A stretch of DNA of 64,000 nucleotides from Deltaproteobacteria bacterium (GCA_019307745.1 JAFDJA010000001.1:20223-84222), one strand, 5' to 3'; shown: positions 9,039-18,891, counted from the first letter of the stretch. Program-made: numbers and translations. Notes: generated by a model not told the origin, from the letters alone.

Positions 9039-11447
9039 ATGAAAAAATTCTTTCGACGACTTCTTTCCATTAATCCCACATCTATCACATTGGGTATCAC
9101 GCTAATCTGTTTTAGTCTTTTTTTGTTTGATACCCCGTTCTTATATAAATTTGAACTAAAAACCTATGATATGAGGTTCTCCTGGCGGGGTAAAATAGAA
9201 ACGTCTAAAAAAGTTGTCGCTGCGGTCATTGATGAAAAAAGCCTCCAACAGGAAGGCAAATGGCCATGGCCAAGGCGAAAAATAGCAACACTGATCGATA
9301 AGCTTTCTGACGGCGGGGCCAAGGTAGTAGGATTTGATGTTTTCTTTCTGGAACCTGATGACAACAGCACATTGCAATTACTCGACCAGATAGATGAGCA
9401 GGTCAAAACCCTTAATATCCAGGACCGTACACTTTCTGACATTATTCAAAAAAACAAGGCCGTGGTTGACAATGATCAGCTACTAGTTAACGCGATAAAT
9501 AGATCAAAATCAAAAATCGTACTGGGCTATTTCTTCCAAAGTAAGGAAGGTATGGCTGGAGAGATTACACAGGATGAGATTGATCAAATGTTTAATCATA
9601 TAAATAATGCTAATTACGCGCTGAAGGGAGAAATCAAAAGAGAAACGGTTGCCACAGACTTTTATACCACAGAATTTGAACCCTATTTCCCTGAATTAAA
9701 TATTGAGGCAATACACCAGGTAGCAGATTCGTCTGGATATATAAACATGATGGCTTCTACTGATGGAGTGGTAAGGGCAATGCCTCTTGCAATGAAATGC
9801 GGTCAGGATTATTTTTCTCCTCTTTCGGTACAATGTGTATGGCACTATTTTGACAATCCGAATCTAATGCTTGTGGGAGGCCGGGACGGTCATGGTATAC
9901 AAGGAATCCGTTTAGGCGAAGAACTTATTCCTACGGATGAACATGGCAAGCTTTTAGTAAATTTTGCCGGTCCGCCGCCGGCCTACCCCCTGTATTCCAT
10001 CACTGACATACTTAATGACAAGCTTCCTCCTGATACATTCAAAGACAAAATTATCATTATCGGTGCTACCGCTGTTGGGGCGCACGACCTGAGAAACACC
10101 CCTGTCAGTCCTGCGCATCCCGGCATGGAAGTGCATATGGCCATTATCGATAACATTCTCAGTAATAATCTAATCAGCCAGAAGCAGGGATCCTTCGAGG
10201 ATCTGTTGGCTATTATACTTATGGGCTTTCTCACCGGACTAGCCGTTCCCTGGCTCAGGGTGCTCAAGGGTACCTTTTTTGTAGTGGGACTCTTTATCTT
10301 TTATATCTTTTTGTGCCGCTGGTTTTTTACAAACCAAAATCTCTGGATAAATATGATTTATCCTCTCTTGACACTAATATTAGTCTATACATCCTCTATT
10401 CTCTACCACTACCTTGTTGAAGAAAAGAATAAACGCTTTCTGCATTCCACCTTCTCCAGCTATCTGTCACCGGAACTGATCGAAGATATGGTTGCCAGTG
10501 AGACCACGCCCGAGCTCGGTGGAGAGGCAAGAAATATTACCGCCTATTTTACCGATATCCAGGGCTTTTCCACCTTTTCAGAAAAGCTCACAGCCCCCCA
10601 GCTTGTTGAACTCCTTAATGAATATCTCTCCGCCATGACAGACATCCTTATTGCCGAGGACGGCACCCTGGACAAATATGAAGGTGACGCGATCATTGCC
10701 TTTTTTGGAGCTCCTTTAGAGATACCGGACAACCCATTTAAGGCCTGTAAGGTGGCCATTGCCATGCAGAACAGCCTTTTGGAACTCCGCAAAAAATGGA
10801 AAGAGGAAAAACAGCTGCCTGATGAGCCTGAACGGAACATAAAAAATCTGCCTTCGGAAGAATGGACTCCGGGAGCAAAATGGCCCACTATAGTGCATCA
10901 TATGAAGATGCGTATCGGCGTCAACAGCGGTGAAATTGTTGTGGGAAACATGGGAAGTTCCATGCGAATGAACTATACAATGATGGGTGACTCAGTCAAC
11001 CTGGCGGCACGCCTTGAGGAGGGTGCCAAACAGTTTGGGATTTACAGCTCTGTGAGTGAATATACCATGGACATGGAATATCTTGATGAAAATGGACAAA
11101 GAAAAAAGGCATGGAATTTTGTTGAGGCCCGTTTTATTGACCGGATAACAGTGGTTGGCAAATCCGAGCCTGTAAAGATATATGAATTGTGTGCCCTCAA
11201 GGGAGAACTTTCCGACCAGGAGAAAAAACTGTTCCAGATATTTGACAGGGGGATGCAGCACTACCTCAAGAGGCACTGGGATGAAGCAATCAAACACTTT
11301 AAGGCCTCCCTCAAGCTTGAAAGGGTGCCTGACGGAATAACAACTCCCTCGGAGGTATATATCAAAAGATGTGAAGCCTTTAAGGAGGACCCGCCTGTTG
11401 CAAAAGGAGAAAAGTGGGATGGGGTCTTCAGGATGACTAAGAAGTGA
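9039..11447 (+). CDS. Membrane-bound class III adenylate/guanylate cyclase with a CHASE2 sensor domain and a C-terminal helical (TPR-like) tail
   Basis: N-terminal TM, a ~350-aa extracytoplasmic region, a TM cluster, then cyclase-homology motifs (YFTDIQGFSTFSE, YEGDAIIAFFGAP, RIGVNSGEIVVGNMGS, YTMMGDSVNLAARLE). Confidence 0.88.
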   Translation: MKKFFRRLLSINPTSITLGITLICFSLFLFDTPFLYKFELKTYDMRFSWRGKIETSKKVVAAVIDEKSLQQEGKWPWPRRKIATLIDKLSDGGAKVVGFDVFFLEPDDNSTLQLLDQIDEQVKTLNIQDRTLSDIIQKNKAVVDNDQLLVNAINRSKSKIVLGYFFQSKEGMAGEITQDEIDQMFNHINNANYALKGEIKRETVATDFYTTEFEPYFPELNIEAIHQVADSSGYINMMASTDGVVRAMPLAMKCGQDYFSPLSVQCVWHYFDNPNLMLVGGRDGHGIQGIRLGEELIPTDEHGKLLVNFAGPPPAYPLYSITDILNDKLPPDTFKDKIIIIGATAVGAHDLRNTPVSPAHPGMEVHMAIIDNILSNNLISQKQGSFEDLLAIILMGFLTGLAVPWLRVLKGTFFVVGLFIFYIFLCRWFFTNQNLWINMIYPLLTLILVYTSSILYHYLVEEKNKRFLHSTFSSYLSPELIEDMVASETTPELGGEARNITAYFTDIQGFSTFSEKLTAPQLVELLNEYLSAMTDILIAEDGTLDKYEGDAIIAFFGAPLEIPDNPFKACKVAIAMQNSLLELRKKWKEEKQLPDEPERNIKNLPSEEWTPGAKWPTIVHHMKMRIGVNSGEIVVGNMGSSMRMNYTMMGDSVNLAARLEEGAKQFGIYSSVSEYTMDMEYLDENGQRKKAWNFVEARFIDRITVVGKSEPVKIYELCALKGELSDQEKKLFQIFDRGMQHYLKRHWDEAIKHFKASLKLERVPDGITTPSEVYIKRCEAFKEDPPVAKGEKWDGVFRMTKK

Positions 11448-11585
11448 TAGTTTAATTTTTAGAAACTAACGCCCAATATACAACAGTCTGCCCCGTTATT
11501 TACGATTAATCCAATCCGGATTTTTCGTCACAGCTGTATAGTTTTTCCCTTTCCCGTTATTTCTTATCTGCCCATCCTAAATTAT

Positions 11586-11633
11586 GGATACCAGGTATTC
11601 AACCATGTTTTATTAACCGGATATCAAGTATCC
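11586..11633. promoter_or_regulatory. Two tandem 15-bp inverted-repeat sites (GGATAccaggTATTC and GGATAtcaagTATCC); candidate enhancer-binding-protein UAS
   Basis: The sites at 11586-11600 and 11619-11633 are spaced 33 bp centre to centre and lie ~110-150 bp upstream of the -24/-12 element. Confidence 0.4.
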
Positions 11634-11732
11634 AGAATTCTCATGTTTTCTGCATAAAAAATCTTAACCAACCTGCAATTTAAAACAACTTGCCGTAAAA
11701 TTTCAGCATGTTAACCCTTTTCCCCTCATTGT

Positions 11733-11748
11733 TGGCACATTGATTGCT
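11733..11748 (+). promoter_or_regulatory. Sigma-54 (-24/-12) promoter
   Basis: TGGCACattgaTTGCT matches TGGCAC-N5-TTGCW with correct GG/GC spacing. It lies 113 nt upstream of the ATG at 11861. Confidence 0.65.
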
Positions 11749-11860
11749 TTATACTTATTCAAACCCCGTCGACAGGAAGTTTAGAATTAAGAGATTGATA
11801 TAGAAACATTCAATTTATTTAAAACATTTATTATTACTAAAAACAAAGGAGGTATAAATC

Positions 11861-12520
11861 ATGAAAAATAAAACTGCTTTTCAAGTCTGTCTAATTCTCG
11901 CCTTTGTGCTGATATTTATCTGTGCCGCCCAGGTCTCTGCACAGGAATCAGGCAGAAGCAGGGGCGCGAGAGGCGGCATGACCGCCAGACTTGATGCTGA
12001 TGAGGATGGACAGATCACTCAAGAGGAATTCCTGGCCACATTCAAAAACCTGGATGAGGACGGAGACGGCGTTATCGCCCTTGATGAAACCACGGCCAGG
12101 CAGCGGGAAAGGTCGGGGAAAGAAATCAATAAAGGAGGTGGTAAAAGAAGCAGGGGCGCGAGAGGCGGCATGATCGCCAGGCTTGATGCCGATGAGGATG
12201 GACAGATCACTCAAGAGGAATTCCTGGCCACATTCAAAAACCTGGATGAGGACGGAGACGGAGTTATCGCCCTTGATGAAACCATGGCCGGGCAGCGGGA
12301 AAGGTCTGGGAAAGGAGTAAGTAAAGGGGGAGGTAAAAGAAGCAGGGGCGCGAGAGGCGGCATGACCGCCAGGCTTGATGCCGATGAGGATGGACAGATC
12401 ACTCAAGAGGAATTCCTGGCCACCTTTAACTCCCTTGATTCTGATGGAAACGGAATTATCGGTTCTGATGAGATGCCGCAGGCACCTGACATGACCGGAA
12501 GACAGAAGGGCAGAAAGTAG
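11861..12520 (+). CDS. Secreted EF-hand calcium-binding repeat protein (three EF-hand pairs)
   Basis: Signal peptide (…ICAAQVSAQE), then three copies of a ~64-aa unit. Each unit has two canonical DxDxDG loops (DADEDGQITQEE, DEDGDGVIALDE). Strong SD AAGGAGG. Confidence 0.85.
   Translation: MKNKTAFQVCLILAFVLIFICAAQVSAQESGRSRGARGGMTARLDADEDGQITQEEFLATFKNLDEDGDGVIALDETTARQRERSGKEINKGGGKRSRGARGGMIARLDADEDGQITQEEFLATFKNLDEDGDGVIALDETMAGQRERSGKGVSKGGGKRSRGARGGMTARLDADEDGQITQEEFLATFNSLDSDGNGIIGSDEMPQAPDMTGRQKGRK
11957..12425 (+). repeat. Intragenic tandem repeat, 192-bp unit, about 2.4 copies
   Basis: Units start at 11957, 12149 and 12341 (exact 192-bp period). Only a handful of substitutions are visible outside the linker segment. 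Confidence 0.9.
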
Positions 12521-12664
12521 ACTTTACAAGCAGGTCAGGAAGTTAATATTACGAATTAATCATTCTAACCTGCACAGGTTTCTCAGAAGCCGTAATCTGA
12601 GGAACCTTATAAGAGAGCTAGCCTGCTTCTCTCACCCCTAAGCAGGCTACTCTTTCCTCCTAAA

Positions 12665-12699
12665 GGCAGGGCCAAAGGACACTGGCCCTGCCTTTTTTT
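12665..12699 (+). terminator. Intrinsic terminator downstream of the EF-hand gene
   Basis: GGCAGGGCCA (12665-12674), an 8-nt loop, TGGCCCTGCC (12683-12692), then T7. A second perfect 10-bp hairpin (TAGCCTGCTT / AAGCAGGCTA) lies at 12619-12649. Confidence 0.75.
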
Positions 12700-12828
12700 C
12701 ATGTTCCGCACTATCTGCTGCTGACAGCCTTTTTCCGCAACATGGCAGATCAGCAGGGTTTTTCTTTACCACAGAGCTCCTCCCTCCCAAACTTCAGGGC
12801 GGGTCGCCGACCTTAACCCCTCAGAAGG

Positions 12829-14241
12829 CTAATCCGCAATCCGGCTTATATCAAGGCGCCTTTCAATTACGCGCATTCCCTTCCATTTACCACTCCGGAA
12901 TCGTAGAAAGAACAGGAGCCCCAGGCACATTATATAGACCAATGCGAATAACCAGCATATCATGAGGCCGTACCCCAAAACAATAACCGCAAAATATGTC
13001 GGCAGAATCATCATAAAAAGTGTCATTACTGCCAAGGTGTACATTACAAATCTTGTGTCTCCAGCCCCCTTTATGGCAGAAGAGAACACAATGTTCATTG
13101 CATCAAAGACAGAATAGATCGCTACAAACCGGAGAAGTATGACGCTCAGATCGTATATCTCCTTAAAACTGTCAGGATCTGCCAATGCAAAAAACGGCCG
13201 GATAAACATGGCCGGGACAAAAAGATATAAAATGGCAATGCCCGCCATATATATAAACGCAATATGAAATCCTGAATAAACGCTTTTTTGGGCAAGGTGC
13301 GGCAACTCTTTTCCAAGATACTGCCCCACCAGGACAGATATTGCTATTCCACACCCAATCATTGGCATAAAAGCGAGAGTGCTTATATTAAAGGCAATGT
13401 TCGACGCCGCTAGACTGCCCATTCCCAGACGCCCTATAATAAGAATAAAAACGGTGAATCCGGAAATGTCCAGAAAAAACTGGATTCCGGAGGGAAATCC
13501 AAAGTACAGCAGGCGCCTGAACAATCCCTTTTCCAGCCTCCAGCCAGCCAGGGTATTATAACTTTTATTGTATCCCTTTCTTGATATGAGAAACAGGAAG
13601 AAGGCTACAGAGAATATGCTTGCTATTACTGTGGCATAACCAGCGCCTCTTATCCCCATTTCAGGAAGGCCCCAGTTTCCAAAAATAAGAGCATAGTCCA
13701 GAACAAGGTTCAGGCAGGTTGCCGCACAGTTCACCCACATTATGGGCCAGGACCTTCCAAGACCGGAAAAAAAACCGGATATGGCAGCAGACGCAATGAC
13801 AAAACCCCCTCCAAGGCATAATATCTGAAAATATTCCTTTTCCAGCTGCCGCACTGCAGGGATATGCCCGACAAAATCAAATATCGCTCCAGCAAAAGGG
13901 ATAAGGGCCAGAATCACAACTCCGCCAAAAATCGATACATATATGCCCTGCCATATGGAAGGTCCTATCCTGTGAAACCTGCCTGCACCGTAATATTGGG
14001 CCACAAAGGTGCTGACATAGCTTGCGGTACCCATGAAAAGGCTAATAACTGCAAAGCAGAGAATACCAGCAGGCATTGATGCCGCAATGGCCTCAGGTGA
14101 ATACCACGCGAGAAACATCCTGTCCACAAAATGCTGGACAGACCATGCCCCTGTACTCAGAATAAGAGGTATCGCAATTGCGAGGAGTTGATGGTAGCCT
14201 CCCGGGCCCCTCCACCTTCTGCTGATGCTGCGGACAATCAT
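12829..14241 (-). CDS. MATE-family multidrug/efflux transporter
   Basis: 470 aa with ~12 predicted TM helices and a NorM/DinF-like N-terminus (LLAIAIPLILSTGAWSVQHFVDRMFL). Confidence 0.88.
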   Translation of the reverse strand: MIVRSISRRWRGPGGYHQLLAIAIPLILSTGAWSVQHFVDRMFLAWYSPEAIAASMPAGILCFAVISLFMGTASYVSTFVAQYYGAGRFHRIGPSIWQGIYVSIFGGVVILALIPFAGAIFDFVGHIPAVRQLEKEYFQILCLGGGFVIASAAISGFFSGLGRSWPIMWVNCAATCLNLVLDYALIFGNWGLPEMGIRGAGYATVIASIFSVAFFLFLISRKGYNKSYNTLAGWRLEKGLFRRLLYFGFPSGIQFFLDISGFTVFILIIGRLGMGSLAASNIAFNISTLAFMPMIGCGIAISVLVGQYLGKELPHLAQKSVYSGFHIAFIYMAGIAILYLFVPAMFIRPFFALADPDSFKEIYDLSVILLRFVAIYSVFDAMNIVFSSAIKGAGDTRFVMYTLAVMTLFMMILPTYFAVIVLGYGLMICWLFALVYIMCLGLLFFLRFRSGKWKGMRVIERRLDISRIAD

Positions 14242-14818
14242 CTGTTAGAAATCCTTTCTGAATTGTTTCCAGGACATTAAGGCGTTAAGTTCATATATGC
14301 AATCTTTTTTTTTAAGACATTGATAACTCCCCGATATCCGGTGTGGTTAACATCAACCCTTTAAAAAGCAGCAATTCCGCAGCTCAACTTCATTGGCTTG
14401 TATCTGAAAATGATTCTGGTTATTGATACCGCCTCCGGACATGATCATACCCTCCTTGATGATTTGGACATTGGACCTAATACAGGGAGGGAGGAAAGGA
14501 TAGACCAGCCCGTTTGCCTGTAATTCTTTGAAATAGCAATCTATTTAACTCTTTCCTTCTTTTTTCCAATCGCAAATAGGAAGTCGTAAACCGCTGGATA
14601 TTTATAAAGGTTGACTTTTTAATTGTTTTTAGCGTCCTGGTTGGAAATTCCAGCAGCATAAAAACCTTTGTCAGGCACTATTGCCATGCCTTTCCCAGGC
14701 CAGACCTCATATTGCCTTCAAGCTTCACCCCCCCGGTTATCAATAATAGATTGCAAGTTTTCTGCTATGATGATATGGCGGGTATGCATAATTAATGAGA
14801 GAACGCTGGAGCCTTGAT

Positions 14819-16948
14819 ATGAAAAAATTAATAACCTCAGCACTGCCTTATGTGAACAATGTACCCCATCTCGGGAACATTATAGGATGTGTGCTTTCTG
14901 CTGATGCATATGCCCGGTTCTGCCGCAGCAGGGGGTATAAAACTCTTTATGTGTGCGGTACAGATGAGTATGGCACCGCAACAGAGACAAAGGCCAGAGA
15001 GGAGGGGCTCACACCTCAGGAGATTTGTGATAAGTATCATGAGCTCCATAAGAGCATATATGAGGATTTCAACATATCCTTTGATCTATTCGGGAGGACC
15101 TCCACCGACAAGCAGACAGAGATAGCCCAGGGGATATTCAGAGACCTGGATGAGAAAGGGCTTATATCAGAGCATACTACCAAACGGACATATTGTGAAA
15201 AAGATGAAATCTTCCTGGCAGACCGTTTTGTTGAAGGCACATGTCCCCACTGCGGCTATGAGGACGCCAGGGGAGATCAGTGCGACAACTGTGGAAAACT
15301 CCTTGAACCCGAAGGCCTGAAAGCCCCGCGCTGCAAGATATGCGGCGCAACACCGGTTCTTAAAGACACGTCACACCTCTACCTGGGCCTTGACCGCCTG
15401 GAGGACAGACTTAAGGCCTGGACAGCCAGGACCGGTGTCGAAGGGCATTGGACAAACAATGCGGTCCAGACCACAAGCGCCTGGCTTGAAAGGGGGCTCC
15501 AGCCCAAGCCCATTACAAGGGACCTGTTGTGGGGCATCCCTGTACCCAAACCGGGTTATGAAAACAAGGTCTTTTATGTATGGTTTGACGCGCCTATAGG
15601 CTACATATCCATAACAGCAAAGGAGCGAGAGGACTGGAAGGATTGGTGGCAGAATCCGAAGGAGGTGCGCCTCTATCAGTTTATGGCAAAAGATAATATC
15701 CCGTTTCATACTGTGATCTTTCCTGCGTCCCTGATGGGCACAGGGAAGGATTGGACCTTGCTGCACCATATCAATGCCACCGAATACCTGAACTATGAGA
15801 GTGCAAAATTTTCCAAATCCAGGAACATAGGGGTTTTTGGAAATGATGTAAAAAAGACCGGCATACATGTGGACCTCTGGAGATTCTACCTTCTTGCCAA
15901 TCGACCGGAAAGAAACGATACGGATTTTGTTTGGGATGATTTTATTGAAAAGGTGAATTCTGAATTCATTGACAATATCGGCAATATGGTGAACCGGTCC
16001 CTTGTGTACCTTAAAAACAACTTTAATGGAGAGATCAGAGACATAAACCTGCCTGACATTCATAAGGAATTTGTAAAAGATTGCACTGATCAGCTGAACA
16101 ATGTAACTGCCGCAATGGATGAGGTAAAACTCCGGGAGGCCTTGAGAATCATTCTTGCGATCGGCAACCTGGGCAATAAATTTTTTCAGGATATGCAGCC
16201 ATGGGAGAAGATCAAGACAGAGACTGATCATGCCCATGCGACAGTATCTCTTCTCACATACCTTGTAAAAAATCTTGCAATTGCATTAGGCCCATACATG
16301 CCAGAGACATCCGAGCGGATCCTTGCCATGCTGAATCTGGAAAAAGGAGCTTGTGACTGGGATTCTGTTGGTTTGTTTGAGGGACTGGACGGCCACATTA
16401 TAGGAAGACCTGAAATCCTGCACAAGAAACTGGATGCAAAACTTGCCCAGAAATTCAGGAAGGTGTTCAGCGGAGAGCAAGTGGCTTTTGGAAGGCTTCA
16501 ACTTAAAGTGGGATTGATCAATGAAGTAAAAAGGCATCCTGATGCAGACCACCTCTATATCCTTACCGTTGAGCTGTCTGAAGAGAGTCCCCGAATTGTT
16601 GTGGCCGGCCTGGTAAAGAAATATCCACCTGAAGGGCTTACGGGTCGCAAGATTATTTTACTGGCCAATCTTAAGCCCACAAAGCTCAGAGGGATTGATT
16701 CCCAGGGAATGGTTCTGGTCTGCCAGAAGAGGAACAAGATGGAGCTGCTGGACGCCGCCCAATTCGATATTGGCCAAGAAGCAATGGTGGATAATCAGAA
16801 GACTGATCACTCCGAGCTTACAATAGAGGAGTTCAAAGAGGTGAATCTTTTTGTCAAAGAAGGATTTTTGATGTTCGAAGACCAGCTGTGCAAGATAGGG
16901 GGCAGACCCGTTGAGACAATCAATCTCAAAAATGGCAAAGTATGCTGA
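14819..16948 (+). CDS. metG: Methionine--tRNA ligase with a C-terminal Trbp111/EMAPII-like tRNA-binding domain
   Basis: HLGN (HIGH-type) motif, KFSKS (KMSKS-type) motif, Zn knuckles (CPHCGYEDARGDQCDNCG), and C-terminal LKVGLINEVKRHPDADHLY. Start set at MKKLITSALPY (ATG at 14819). Confidence 0.93.
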   Translation: MKKLITSALPYVNNVPHLGNIIGCVLSADAYARFCRSRGYKTLYVCGTDEYGTATETKAREEGLTPQEICDKYHELHKSIYEDFNISFDLFGRTSTDKQTEIAQGIFRDLDEKGLISEHTTKRTYCEKDEIFLADRFVEGTCPHCGYEDARGDQCDNCGKLLEPEGLKAPRCKICGATPVLKDTSHLYLGLDRLEDRLKAWTARTGVEGHWTNNAVQTTSAWLERGLQPKPITRDLLWGIPVPKPGYENKVFYVWFDAPIGYISITAKEREDWKDWWQNPKEVRLYQFMAKDNIPFHTVIFPASLMGTGKDWTLLHHINATEYLNYESAKFSKSRNIGVFGNDVKKTGIHVDLWRFYLLANRPERNDTDFVWDDFIEKVNSEFIDNIGNMVNRSLVYLKNNFNGEIRDINLPDIHKEFVKDCTDQLNNVTAAMDEVKLREALRIILAIGNLGNKFFQDMQPWEKIKTETDHAHATVSLLTYLVKNLAIALGPYMPETSERILAMLNLEKGACDWDSVGLFEGLDGHIIGRPEILHKKLDAKLAQKFRKVFSGEQVAFGRLQLKVGLINEVKRHPDADHLYILTVELSEESPRIVVAGLVKKYPPEGLTGRKIILLANLKPTKLRGIDSQGMVLVCQKRNKMELLDAAQFDIGQEAMVDNQKTDHSELTIEEFKEVNLFVKEGFLMFEDQLCKIGGRPVETINLKNGKVC

Positions 16949-17687
16949 AACCATTGGGCGTCGCAAGTTCCTGTCACTGTCTCAGGGAAGGCAGCATGAA
17001 CTCCTTGCCTCCCTTGCATGGGAGGCTGGTAAAAATCAGGCCTTCTCCGGTTTCATAAGACGTTATGGAGAACTCCAGTCCTGGTCCGGTCTGGATAGAT
17101 ATTACCCTTCAGATTGGCTTTCCGAAGAGGAGGCCCTCCAGGAATTTTTCCTGTTTCACAACAACTTCTGTAAGATTCCGTTAATCCCTGATGAAAATGA
17201 TGCCGTTCTGTCATGGCAGCCCAGGTTTAATGTTACGGTGCTCCTGGACCAGGTAAGGAGCCCTTTTAACGCTGGTTCTGTCCTTAGAATTATCGACAAC
17301 TTTGGATTTAAAGGGTTGGTCCACAATTCTCCATGGCTCCGAATGAAGCACCCCCAACTTTGTAAGGCCGCAAGGGGCAGTGAAAAATGGATACCTGTCG
17401 AATTTCGGTCAGACCTGACCACATGGCTGAAAAACAGAAAAATACCTGTAGTAGGCATTGAAAACGACCCTGAGGCTATCACCATCACGGATTGGAAACC
17501 CCCGTCACAGTGTGTCCTGATAGTAGGCAATGAGGCGTATGGAATTGCGTCTGGACTGCGTCAATGTTGTGACCATATAGTACAGATCCCTATGTTCGGG
17601 TTTAAAAAATCCATGAACCTCCATCATGCCCTGGCCATAGTGGCCCAACATCTTGTGGAAAAAGCAGTGTGTTCAGATATTTTATAA
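16911..17687 (+). CDS. SpoU/TrmH-family RNA 2'-O-methyltransferase-like protein
   Basis: C-terminal SpoU motifs (VRSPFNAGSVLRIIDNFG, LIVGNEAYGI, IPMFGFKKSMNLHHALAIV). The start is uncertain (16911 overlaps metG; an alternative ATG is at 16932). Confidence 0.75.
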   Translation: MRQSISKMAKYAETIGRRKFLSLSQGRQHELLASLAWEAGKNQAFSGFIRRYGELQSWSGLDRYYPSDWLSEEEALQEFFLFHNNFCKIPLIPDENDAVLSWQPRFNVTVLLDQVRSPFNAGSVLRIIDNFGFKGLVHNSPWLRMKHPQLCKAARGSEKWIPVEFRSDLTTWLKNRKIPVVGIENDPEAITITDWKPPSQCVLIVGNEAYGIASGLRQCCDHIVQIPMFGFKKSMNLHHALAIVAQHLVEKAVCSDIL

Positions 17688-17818
17688 TTTCTATAATATT
17701 TTAAAATTATGTGGTTTAATCTCGCTGGTTTTACACGGTCCATATAGAACGTTAAAAAAAATGGAACAAGGAGATATTAAATATGCTCAAAGATCCATTC
17801 CATCAATGTCTGAATATA

Positions 17819-17895
17819 GGTTTTGGGGATCAATTTTCCATATTTCACCATAAACTCTGTTATTTCTTATCCAGACAGAACATGACTGTCCTCTC
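17819..17895. repeat. ~80-nt element paralogous to 21010-21086
   Basis: Shared blocks TTTGGGGATCAATT, AACTCTGTT and CCAGA..ATGA.TGT.CC appear in the same order at both loci. Confidence 0.5.
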
Positions 17896-17943
17896 ATTTC
17901 AAGAAAACCTTAATTTTCTGAATGCTCTCATGGCATGAAAAAA

Positions 17944-17975
17944 GGCCAGTCAAATACCTTATGACTGACCTTTTT
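17944..17975. terminator. Bidirectional intrinsic terminator between the trmH-like gene and the convergent lipoprotein gene
   Basis: A7, then GGCCAGTCA / TGACTGACC (9 bp, one mismatch), then T5. Confidence 0.6.
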
Positions 17976-18079
17976 CCGTTTCTGACAAGGTGTCCTCTGG
18001 GTGAAACCGCATACCTTCAACTCTAAAACAAGAACCCGGCGTCATGACTGCCCATAAAACTTTCAAATATTGCTAAAAA

Positions 18080-18622
18080 TCAAGGGCTTACCGTTTCTCC
18101 ACCGCCTGTCTCCTCTTCTATGGTTTGACTGTTGTCATCCCCTTCCATTTGTTCGTTCAAAACCCCTATCAGGCTTTCAAGTTCTTTGAGTTCATTGTTA
18201 AAAAACTGTAATAATGAACGCCTTTGATTTTGCAATACCTTTTCAGCATTACCTATCCGTCTGGCGTGAGTATCCTTTGTCTTTTGTACCTCCTGTACCT
18301 CTTTTTCCAGTTGGGCAATAAGAGGCTTGATCTCATCCCTAGTCTGTATGACCAGATGTCTCAGATTCTCTATCTCGTCTTTTATCCCTTCATAACCCTC
18401 AAGTGTAGTCCTTATTTCTTGAATATTTTCCTTCTGGGTATTTAATGCTGTTATAACTGGTTGGATCTGTCGATCAACATATTCAATATTGTTTTGTTGA
18501 ATCTTTTTATCAACATATTCAGAGTTGTTATTATTTATCAATTCCTGAACCTTCTTTGTTGATGCACACCCACATACCAGTGCCAAAGATGCTAAGCAAC
18601 ATATAATGCCTGTTATTTTCAT
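18080..18622 (-). CDS. Coiled-coil lipoprotein, function unknown
   Basis: Signal peptide with lipobox (LALVCGC|AS) after MKITGIICC. The rest is heptad-rich and E/Q/K-rich. Confidence 0.6.
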   Translation of the reverse strand: MKITGIICCLASLALVCGCASTKKVQELINNNNSEYVDKKIQQNNIEYVDRQIQPVITALNTQKENIQEIRTTLEGYEGIKDEIENLRHLVIQTRDEIKPLIAQLEKEVQEVQKTKDTHARRIGNAEKVLQNQRRSLLQFFNNELKELESLIGVLNEQMEGDDNSQTIEEETGGGETVSP

Positions 18623-18858
18623 TCTGAACACCTCCATACTTTGGATAAGGTTAAAAAGAAAATTGGATCATAGTATAACAACAATGTGACATACGTAAGG
18701 ACCAAATTCTTGATATTGACAAATGGTCACTGCTTTGGGCAAAGTTGCAGATCAAGATGGAATTAACAGCTTAGAATATGCGCAATTTTCATTTTATTGA
18801 TTATACCATGCCAGACCAAAAAAGTCTGTTTCGTTTTAGACACCCAGTATTCCCGCAT

Positions 18859-18891
18859 GCCCAATGGAATTATGGCCAGATTCCATTGGGC
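18859..18891. other. Perfect 12-bp inverted repeat (GCCCAATGGAAT, 9 nt, ATTCCATTGGGC)
   Basis: Read directly from the sequence, 40 nt downstream of the SMP-30-like gene stop. No adjacent U-run on either strand. Confidence 0.4.

Noticed and set aside
15371-16237. 288-aa ORF antisense to metG
   Set aside because: It lies entirely within the strongly supported metG reading frame. It has no motifs and a low-complexity composition typical of shadow ORFs.
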